From assembly GCA_013416795.1 (NCBI GenBank), contig RQSC01000029.1, positions 140,087-204,086 of the forward strand: a stretch of 64,000 nucleotides of DNA. Reading direction: 5' to 3'. The position numbers and the translations under genes were made by a program. Positions within the stretch are counted from its first letter, which is position 1, and every line of letters begins with the position of its first letter. This document shows, piece after piece, positions 1 to 9,300 of this stretch. The notes below the pieces were generated by a model. It was given only the letters and a program-made list of their open reading frames with translations, did no database searches and was not told where the DNA came from. Source of the stretch: Prasinococcaceae sp. CCMP 1430. Its lineage: Eukaryota > Plantae > Prasinodermophyta.

Positions 1-185
1 GGGGGCGGCGGCGCGCGCCTCGGAGCGCGGTCCGCGCGCGCGCGTGCGTGCGCGTGAGTGAGGGGTTGTAAGTGAGGCGGGGGGGGGGGGGCAGAGGGCG
101 GTGGCGGTCGTGCGCGCCGCCTCGTGCGCGGAGGGGCAGGCGGTCACGCCAGGCTCGGCTCGGCGGCGGCTCGCGGCAGTACGAA

Positions 186-2388
186 ATGGCGGACGCCAAC
201 GGGGTTGCGGTGGCCGGCAGTGGCGAGGCCGAGGTCGCCAAGGCGGCCGACGTGGGGAAGGCGGCTGCGGATGCGACGCAGCCCCCGCCCCTGGCCAAGC
301 CGGTCATGAGCTGGTCGGCGCTCGTCAAGGGCAAGACGGCCGGAGCGCCGGCCGGCGCGCCTCCCGCGGCGGCTGGCCAGGGTTCTGGTGAAAGCACCGC
401 TTCGGCGGCGGCAGCGCCTGCGGCGGCGGCATCGCCCGCCGCGGCGGCGCCGGAGGAGGCGGTGGCGGTGGCGGCTCCCGCCTCGCCAAAGAAGCTCGAT
501 GACGGCACGGGCGACGACGTCGCGCCTAAGGAGCAGCCCAAGGCGAGCGCGGCCGATGACAAGGCCGCCGCGGCGGCCGATGCACCGAAGGACGCGGCGG
601 CTGAGGAGGCGGAGAAGCCCGCCGAGCCGCAGGAGCCCAAGCCTTTCAAGCCGGCATGGGGAAGCAAGGGCGGGCCCAAGAAGGACGTTGCCGTCGGCGG
701 GCTGGTGTCTTGGCCCTCGCTCGGCGACTCGAAGAATCGCGAGATGGTGTCCGACAACCAGGGCCAGATCGAGGCGGGCGCGTCGACCTCATCGCCCAAG
801 GAGGCGAGCAAGGACAAGGCCGGCGCGGCGCGCGATGCGCGCACCGGCGGGCGGGGCGCGGCGCCCGCCACCTCCGGTGGGCGGGGCGCCGGTCGGTGCG
901 CCTTCGCCGGCCGCCGCCGCGGCGGCAGCGGCGGCCGCCGCCGCCGTCGCGGGCACTGCGGCGGGTCAGGAGGCCTCTGCGGCGCAGTCGGCAGCGCCGA
1001 TCGCAAATGCGGGCAAGAACGGTGCCAACCCTGGCTCGAACGGCCGCGGAGATCGTTTGGGCGGCCGCGGTGGGCAGTACGGCGATGGCGCCGGCGCCGG
1101 CGGTGGGCGTGGGCGCCGCGGTCGTGGCGAGGGTGGCCGCGGCGAGGGGCGCGGCTTCGGCCGCGGCGACGGCGCGGCAGCGTATGGCGGCCGCGGCGGC
1201 GGCCGTGGGGGGCGCGACGGCAGCATGAGCGGGCGTGGCATGCCCTACGGTGGGAGGGGCGGCGGGCATCCCGGCAGCTTCATGGTGCCGCCGCCTATTA
1301 TGATGCCCGGTGGCCCCAACGCGATGTACTATCCCATCCCACGGCCAGGCATGGGGTTCTATCCGTACCCGCAGGTACCGGTGAGCCCCAACACGACGCA
1401 GGTGCAGCTCATGGTGAGGCAGCAGATCGAGTATTACTTCAGCGTTGGAAACCTTGTTAAGGACATGTACCTCCGCAAAAACATGGACGTCAATGGCTGG
1501 GTGCCCGCGGGTGTCATCGGCGCCTTCAATCGCATGCGCATGCTCACCGGCGGCCAGGTCGACCCGCAATTTCTGGTCGAGTGCTGCAGGGACTCGGACG
1601 TGGTCGAAATTCAGGGCGACAACCTGCGGAAGCGCGATGACTGGGCTGCGTGGGTGATGCCCAACGCCGACAGCGGCGGGTCGTCTCCCGCGAGCGGTGC
1701 CAATCAGCCATTGCTGGCAGATCAGAACGGCAACGGTGACACAGCGGCGGCCGGCGACGCGACGGCCGCGCCTGGTGCCACGGTTGGCGACGCCGAGATC
1801 GCGCAGCTGCTGATCGTGGTAGGCGGAGGCGCAGCTTCGGAGCAGGCTGACTCCTCTGCGGGCAAGGAAGGAGGCTCATGGGCGAGCATTGCGCGCAGCG
1901 AGTCAAAGGCTGCGGCCTCTGACGTCGTCCACTTCGTCTTTGCGCCTGAGGGTGAGGGCGGGGGCGAGCGCGAGGGCGTGACGTATGCCGCACTGCACGA
2001 TCGCTGCATTGCCGAACACGCGCCGGCAAAGGACGCCGAGGGCGGCTCCTGTCGCGATCTGTATGCGTTCTGGGCCTATTTCCTCCCAGCGCACTTCCAC
2101 GCGGGCATGTATGCCGAGTTCAAGTCTCTGGCACAAATCGACGCTGAGGCTGGCGACGAGTTCGGCATGAGCCGTCTCTTCCGCTTCTACCGCTCGCGGC
2201 TGGAGAAGGCGTTTGAGCAGGCTCTGTACAATGACTTCGAGTCGTCGGCCGTCGCTGCACACGAGCGACGAGGCAGCAAGGAGGGCCTTCAGCAATTGTG
2301 GAACTTCCACTACTACGCGCAAGAAAAGGCACAAATAGGCGCCGGCGCGTCCAAGCTGCTCGCCGAACACTTCAAGCCCCTCGAGTAG
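186..2388 (+). CDS. LARP1: La-related protein 1 (La motif + RGG region + DM15 repeats); reading frame changes near 860-930
   Basis: ATG 186 opens an Ala/Pro/Lys-rich N-terminus with SWPSLG (resembles the LARP1 PAM2-type motif). The 388-2388 frame carries RGG repeats, a La motif (RQQIEYYFSVGNLVKDMYLRKNMDVNGWVP...FNRMR) and DM15 repeats (MYAEFKSLAQIDA...LFRFY...LEK...DFE...GLQQLWNF). Joining them needs a +1 frame change (indel, or a short intron such as 877-928). Confidence 0.85.
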
Positions 2389-2740
2389 GGCCATGCCTCC
2401 AACGAGCGGTGAGGCTACGGTACCGCCCGCTGATGGTGCCCGGCACGCCTGGCATCTCCAGCCTCAGCGCTGTGTGTTTCAGCACTCAAGCGCCCGAGAG
2501 CGCGTCTGTACCATGGATTGACACAGGGAATTCGCCAACAAGAGGGCACGGGGACTCGCAATTCACACATGCGACACCGCAGGCGAGCTGAGGTCTACCA
2601 ACCACACAGGGGTTCAAATTATTTCGTGAGGAAGTCGGAGAACACGGCGCGGTCGTCGCTGGTGTGTACGATTTGTAACGCGTGTCCGCTTCTGAGCAAC
2701 GCGCGCGATTGCGTCTGGCATCTACGCCATCCGCCGGACG

Positions 2741-5700
2741 TCAAAGCCCCTCTAGTGCGCCAGCCGCTGCCCCGGCCGCACCGCGCCACGACGGGTCGGA
2801 CACGGCGCGCTGCACAACCGCCGCGAGCGCATCAGGCGCGCCAGCAGCCTCGAGGCTCTCCCTGCTATGCTGCGGCGCGACCTCCAGCACTGCAGCGCAG
2901 ATCGCTGCTCCACGGTGAGCCAAGGCGCTGTCCAGCTTGAGGAGCGCCACCACGTCGCGACCGAACTCGTCCGTGCTGAACATGGCCTCAGCAATGCCGT
3001 CCTCGCCTGCAATCATGGCGAGCCCCCCGGCCGCAGCACAGGCCGCGGCGGCATCATACCCCCGCTCGTCCTCAGGTCCGGGCGGCAGCGCCAGGTCCAA
3101 CCACGCTCGCAGCCTCATCGGGATTTTCACGAATTCGGCCACCACCTTCGGCGCGGGAACAAGGTTGGCCATGCACTCGGTCGCGGCACGTGCGACCTGC
3201 GCGTGCTTGCCCCACTGTAGCTCCTCGAGCGCGCCGAAGGCGCTCGCCTTTTCCACGTCTGCAATGTGGCATTTGAAGTCGTATCCCCGTGACGCGATGT
3301 TGGTGAGCGCGAGCAGAGCCTCAAATTGCTGAAGTGCGTAGTCCTCCTTGAGAAGCCGCACGAGCGGTCCAGCACAGTCCATGAGGGTGGCGTCCTGAAC
3401 GAGCGCAGGGTTGGTCGTTATCAGGACACGGGCCATAGCGTGAGCCGCCAGCAGCTTAGCGCGGCGCCCTCCCAAACGCGACGCGCGCAACAGCGCGGGA
3501 AGAGCACCCGCCGACGCGAGACCAGAGCGAACCTGTGGCTCACTCGACAGATGGAAGATGCCCTCAGCTGCCGTCTCCGTTAGTCGAGAGTTGGCAACTG
3601 CCAGGGCGGCGCCTTTGGACGCCTTTTCGGAGCCGGTCGCTGCGAGCAGTATTGCGACCAGCGCCCCACTTCCGCCGCTCTCCGCCAGCACGACCTTCCT
3701 TTTGCGCAGCGCATCGGGAGCGTCGGCCTCGAGGTCGGCAGCGGTAGGCTCGGCTCGGCCCACGCCGGCCGCCTTGCGGAGCATTTCTGCGTCCTTTGGA
3801 GAAAGGTCCTCGTGCTCTGTCTCACCCGCAATTGTCTCAGCCTGGCGCTGCTCGTCGCGCGACGCCGCCAACGACGCGAGTAGCGATGCAGCGCCAAAGA
3901 GGGTGGCCCCGCGGAGCTTGGCGTGCCTAACCAGGCCACTAATGCACTCTAACGCGCTGCTCTCGTCAGCAATCTGGCGCTTCACCACCGGCGACGCACC
4001 CAGGTAGCAGAGGGCCTCAACAGCACGCTCTGCAACGACTCTTGCCTCGCGCAAGGCTTCGTTCGCATTGCGCTCAGAGCGCGGCGCGCCGTCGTCCCAT
4101 TCGCCGAGAAAGTCATCCACCTCCTCTGCACCACCGGCGTCCTCGAGCGCATCGGCGTGCATATCTAGCAAGCCCAAGCAGATATCTGCAATGGCCTCGT
4201 CACCATCCCAGTGCGCACCCCGAGACTGCGACGCCCCTAGCTTCACCATAGCGACTACCGCGGCAGCGCGCACCGAATCAGAGGGCGACTGCAGGAGCGT
4301 CGCCAGCGCACCCTGCGCATCCGTGTGGAGCTCGTCGATCCTGCCCGTAGGTTTGCCGCTGGCGTTGCCACCGATGGCAGCCTTTGCTGCTCCTCGCACC
4401 TGCTCGATCCGCTCGTCCTCGGCCGCAAGCGGGCCTTCAGGTTTGGATGCGCTGGCAGAGCTCGAGAGCACGGCGAGGCCTTCGCGAGAAGAAGCGAGCG
4501 CCGATATGAGGTCGGCGGCTAGTGCCTGCGCACCCTCAAGCGCGCGATCCTGATCACGCACGTCTGCGCTCGCACGCGCGAGTGAGTACGCATGCGCAAG
4601 CGCACCCGCGGAGCGCGCAGCATCAGCAGCGGACTTGCCATCGATTCCTGCGATGGCAATCAGTGCTGCAAGGGCAGCACATACGGAACGCTGCCTCTGC
4701 GAAGTGAGCTCGACATCTTCACAAGGCGGACCCCAGTACTGGAGCGGCTCGACAACCAGGCGCCGGGTAGCTTCCTGCATGGAGTCCCCCTCGTCGACAG
4801 CGGCAGCAAGCACGCGCGCCAGGCACGCCGCGACCGCTCGGCGATTCGCACATCCTGCTGCCGCTGCACCGGTTATCGCGTCAAGCCGAGGAAGCGAATG
4901 CGCGAGCACCGCCGCCGATGGCGCGCCGGCCGCGAGAGCGCGCATCGCGGCGACGCAGCAATGCTGGCGAGCGCCCATGCGAGCATCTCGGGCCGCCGAA
5001 GCTTCACGGATGGTATCCATGCAAACGATGACGAGTTTCCCTACCCCCGCAGCCACAGCTGCGTCCGTAGCGGACGCAATCCGGGCCGCTCCTAGCAGCG
5101 CCGCTGCGTTCTCCCATAGCCTCTGCATCCGAGCCAAGGCCTCCTCAGCAGCGCCAGCTTGTAGGGCGCGTTTGGCACCTGCGGCGGCTGCGTTCGCGAA
5201 TGTCCCGGCCGCTCCTGCCTTGACGACGCAGCCAATGCTCTCTCGCGCAAGCAAGACGAGCACACCCGCCACTGCCCGTTCCGCTTCGCCGACGCACGTC
5301 ACGCCGACAAGCGTACTACCGCTGCCCCCTACGGCAGCGAGAGCTGATACAGCTACCGTCGCGCCGCCTGCGCTGATCACACCGTCCGTGTATCCCTCCA
5401 CTACCAGCTTGCCAACCATGCGAGAGGCGTCGGCCACTCTATCGCACGCGACGGCAGCAGCCTCAGCTTTGCTGCTGTCGCCCTCGCACCCGCTGAGGCG
5501 CTCGACGGCGCTAGCGAGCTCCTTCACCGCGCTCTGCGCGGCGTCTGCCCGCTCAGATATAGTCTGGCGCATCCTCTTCGCGGCGGCCGCAGCGGCTGCA
5601 TTGGCAGGCTCCTCGACTAAGCACGCTGAAAGGTCCCTGAGCGCTGCCACCGCATCGCCTCGTCCCTCAGCAGCTGCTCCACGGCGGTAGAGCGCCTTGG

Positions 5701-6019
5701 CACGGCCGGCCTGCTGCAACGCGCCGGCTGCAAGTGCGGCGGAGCAGTCGCGCTCGGCTGCTTGCCAGTCCTGGAGCTTGAGGAAGCACGCCGCGCGGTT
5801 CGAGTGAAGCGTGGCGATCATGAGCGCCGTCTCCTCGCCGCCCACGCCCATCTCGCCGCCCTCCGCCGCCGCCGCGAGCGCGTCGAGCGCCTCGCTGTAC
5901 GCGCGCGCCGCGGCGAGAAAGTCGCCCGCGCGGTACGATGCATTGCCGGCGGCGCGGGTATGCGAGGCAGCGGCCGCCGCCGCGTCGTCGTCCTCGCCGA
6001 CCTCCTCTATGGCAACCAT
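2741..6019 (-). CDS. UNC45: UNC-45-like myosin chaperone (N-terminal TPR + ARM central domain + UCS domain), ~1092 aa
   Basis: ATG 6019. Hsp90-clamp-type TPRs (GNASYRAGDF...YSEAL; LHSNRAACFLKL; KALYRRG). C-terminal UCS motifs ARVLITTNP, LQQFEALLALTNIAS and VARAATECMANL. Single ORF. Confidence 0.8.
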   Translation of the reverse strand: MVAIEEVGEDDDAAAAAASHTRAAGNASYRAGDFLAAARAYSEALDALAAAAEGGEMGVGGEETALMIATLHSNRAACFLKLQDWQAAERDCSAALAAGALQQAGRAKALYRRGAAAEGRGDAVAALRDLSACLVEEPANAAAAAAAKRMRQTISERADAAQSAVKELASAVERLSGCEGDSSKAEAAAVACDRVADASRMVGKLVVEGYTDGVISAGGATVAVSALAAVGGSGSTLVGVTCVGEAERAVAGVLVLLARESIGCVVKAGAAGTFANAAAAGAKRALQAGAAEEALARMQRLWENAAALLGAARIASATDAAVAAGVGKLVIVCMDTIREASAARDARMGARQHCCVAAMRALAAGAPSAAVLAHSLPRLDAITGAAAAGCANRRAVAACLARVLAAAVDEGDSMQEATRRLVVEPLQYWGPPCEDVELTSQRQRSVCAALAALIAIAGIDGKSAADAARSAGALAHAYSLARASADVRDQDRALEGAQALAADLISALASSREGLAVLSSSASASKPEGPLAAEDERIEQVRGAAKAAIGGNASGKPTGRIDELHTDAQGALATLLQSPSDSVRAAAVVAMVKLGASQSRGAHWDGDEAIADICLGLLDMHADALEDAGGAEEVDDFLGEWDDGAPRSERNANEALREARVVAERAVEALCYLGASPVVKRQIADESSALECISGLVRHAKLRGATLFGAASLLASLAASRDEQRQAETIAGETEHEDLSPKDAEMLRKAAGVGRAEPTAADLEADAPDALRKRKVVLAESGGSGALVAILLAATGSEKASKGAALAVANSRLTETAAEGIFHLSSEPQVRSGLASAGALPALLRASRLGGRRAKLLAAHAMARVLITTNPALVQDATLMDCAGPLVRLLKEDYALQQFEALLALTNIASRGYDFKCHIADVEKASAFGALEELQWGKHAQVARAATECMANLVPAPKVVAEFVKIPMRLRAWLDLALPPGPEDERGYDAAAACAAAGGLAMIAGEDGIAEAMFSTDEFGRDVVALLKLDSALAHRGAAICAAVLEVAPQHSRESLEAAGAPDALAAVVQRAVSDPSWRGAAGAAAGALEGL

Positions 6020-6100
6020 TGCGCCTGAGGCTCCCTTCCCCCTCCCCCCCCCCCCAACACACACACCAGCGAAGAGCGGTGTGGCGAGGTGGCACAGGAG

Positions 6101-6153
<53 letters not shown>
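6101..6153. repeat. 53-nt poly(C) homopolymer (poly-G on the UNC-45 sense strand, upstream of its ATG)
   Basis: Directly visible; the length may be unreliable. Confidence 0.9.
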
Positions 6154-6155
<2 letters not shown>

Positions 6156-6367
6156 TGGCGTTCATGTGTGCACAGCTCATGCCTAGGCACTCGCTCTCGC
6201 TCTCGCAGGCGCAGGAAGTGGCAGCCTTTTTCGGGTTGATACTTCGGGTAGGGTTCCAGATGTGCAAATAAAGCGAGTGCTCCAACGCCAGGAGGATGCG
6301 ACCCACCGCGCGCTGTCTACCCGGCGCCCCGCGGCACGAGCGCGGTGGTGTCATTAGGTGATTAGTA

Positions 6368-9300
6368 TTACTCGAGGTGCGATTCGTCGCCGGCGCCGAC
6401 TGCGTCTTGGGGAAGCGCCGGCGAGAGCATGATGGAGAGCGGCTTGCGCGAGTGCGCCGCGCGGCCGGCGCCGCTGTCACGCAGGCCGCTCACAGGGCTG
6501 AAGTCGATGCCATGGGAGAAGGTGGCCCGTTGCGCCTCGCCGTCATTGCCGCCCGAGGGCGCACTGTCAGAGCCACCAGCGTAAGAGCCAGATCTGACGC
6601 GGTGCCTGCGAGGAGTGCGGGCGCGCGGAAGCGCCGGGGGAGCGAGGCCCAGCGTGTCAGCGGGCTATCAAGCAATGCAAGCAGTGCCACGCGCTCGCAC
6701 GGCGGGGCCGCCCACCTACGCGCACGCGCAAGTAGGCGCGCTTGGCTGCCACCAAGCTCGCACCTGTGGAGCTTCACGAGCATGACGTGGTACTGATCGC
6801 GCGAGCGGCAGTAGATGATCTTCCGCATGGTCATCGGGATGCCTGGCTTGAGCTGCCCCACAGGTGGCACTTCGGCAGCCTCGCCCGCCTCGTCCGCGTC
6901 GCCACCACCAACTGGGTTGTTGCCGCGCTTGGACGGTTCCGAACAGCATCCGAGCCAGGACTTTGCTATGACGACGGTCTTGAACGACACGATAATCTGC
7001 AGACGCCGCTCAAGGCCAACCACGTCTGTGACGCGATCGAGGTAGACGCACCACTTGCGCCTCTCCGAGCGCAGGTCCACATACAGGATCCTGTGCATGG
7101 TGATGACCACCGCCAGGTTGTCACGGATGTGCACGTAGTCGCGTGTAGCGTCGTTGGCGTACTTGCCCTTTCGCATCTTGTGCAGCAGCGCGTCCCACTT
7201 CTCGAATTGCTGCTGCAGCTGCGCCATACCGGGCGCCCCGTCCACGAGGTCAGAGGCGGCGTGCCGCGGCTCGTGGATGCGTGACTTTGGCGCGCGCTCC
7301 GGGGCCTTGCTAGCTCGCTCGATGCCAGAAGTGACGGCATCGGCGGTGCTCGCCGCAAATTCGAGCGCACCGGCGGTAGGCTTGACGGCCAGGCCGGCGA
7401 CGCCCTTAAGCATACCCTTCAGGCAGCCGCGCGCGCCGCCCGTACGCGCACCCGTAATAGGCTTCGTGACGAGGCCTGTCAACCCCTCGAAAAGGCCCAG
7501 CCCAAGCTGCTGCGCGCCAAACACGAGGTGCTCAGCAACAGTCATTGTGTTGCGCCTGCGCTGAAAACGCAGGATGTAGTTGTCGTCCATGGAGAGCAGC
7601 GCCAGACCCTTGGCTGTGGCGCCGGTCATTTGGCTGACGGTGTCAAACACACCGAAGCCCGTGTTCTTCAGAAGCGACAGGGTGCCGGTGGCGACGCCGT
7701 CGCCCAGTCTCTTGGCCATGTCCTTCGCGGTGACGTCCCTGCCAGCCGTGCGGAGGCCACGCACAGGGTTACTGAAAAAATCGTACACGCCCGTGCCGAC
7801 CGAGCTCACCAGAGCGACTGGCGTGCCTAGGAAGTTCACCTTGCCCAAGACCGAGTGCAGGGAGCGAAGAAGCTGTATGGTGTAGTGCCACTGGATCCTC
7901 TTCCGGATTTCCTCGTGCCCCATGAAGGCGTTGTTGTCCTCATAGCCCGCGATGCGCAGGTGCATATTGTCGACGTCGATGAGCGAGAAGCCGCTCGCGG
8001 AGAGGAAGCGGTAGAAGTTGGCCTCCCGGTCCACGCGCACGTCGTTGGTCACGCTTAGCGTGACATTGAGCTTGATAGGGAAGAGGCGCAGCTTTTCGAA
8101 GTACCAGCGACCCGCCTCAACGGCGCGGACACGGTTGCCTGCATTTGCGAGCGACACATGCACACCGCCGTCCAAAACCGACAGGATATCGGCCATGGGG
8201 TCACGGCTGGAATTAAGACGCGCAGCGCCAGTGGCGGTCTGGCTCAGATCGCCCAGCGGTAGTGAAAACACGAACTCCATAAATGCATTCGTGAAGTCCT
8301 GCGACCGCGTGTGTCGTGCACGGAGTGACATAGAGCGCCTTGTGTCAGCGCCCCGCATCCCTCATGCCAGCAACGACGTGCCGCGCAGGCTCGTGCCAGT
8401 GTTAGTGTGTTGGCGCCGCGTTATAAATCGTGTCTGTCCTGTCAGTATGGCCCCGCGCAGTCTGAGGACGGTGGTGGAAGGTCGTGCAAGTTTTCACTGC
8501 ACAGCTCGATGGAGGAGATTTGAGGGTGGAGAGGGCGATGGCGGGCAGCGAACAAAGAGGCAAACAAAGCACGCAGAGCGACAAAGAGTGACGACGCAAT
8601 GGCCTGCACGCTCACCTCCTCGAGGAGGACATCAATCTCGGCCAGCTCGGCATCGAACGATTGGAAATGAAGATAGTCTGCACCTGCGCCGAACTGCTGC
8701 GGCCTGTCGGCGCCCTGCACTGCCAGCGCGCTCGAGGTACCTGCGTCGCCAGCATGGCCGCGGCTAGGGCTGCCGACTTCTGCGAAGCTGCCGCTGCCGC
8801 TTCCCTGCAGATTCCTGGCTACCGTAGACTCACCAGAGTTGCCCTCGCCAACCTTTGTCCGCTTGAAACTGACCACGACCGTGTTGTCTGAACGCATATG
8901 CTTGCCCTGGCGAAGGCGCGCGAGCGTCTCAATACCATCTACCTCACCATTCAAGAGGGCTTCGTCCCCGAGCTGCGAGGCGAAGGTGGGCGCGAGCACG
9001 ACGGGATTGGCCGTATTAAGCAGCTGATTGTCCACCTGGAAGAACCCCACACAAATGCGCGTGGTGTCCTCCTTGCTAGTGGATGCAAAGTCAAGCGACA
9101 CTCTCTCGAGGAAGACGTGCGCGAGTTCGCGCGGCGCCGAATCTATCACCGTCAGCGCTATCTCTGCCATCGATACGTTTGCCTGAAGATTGAATGCCTC
9201 GTAGTCGCTCGCGTCACGCCAGTGCACGCGCAGCCTGACGGTTGCGACCTCCCCACGAATATTCGTGTGACCAGCGACTACTTGTTCTTCGGGTGTCGAG

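Noticed and set aside
6490-6763. Unspliced VPS13 C-terminus given by the ORF track (stop at 6490)
   Set aside because: A canonical GTGCGA..CTGAC..CGCAG intron (6606-6763) gives a more plausible end at 6368; not proven without RNA data.
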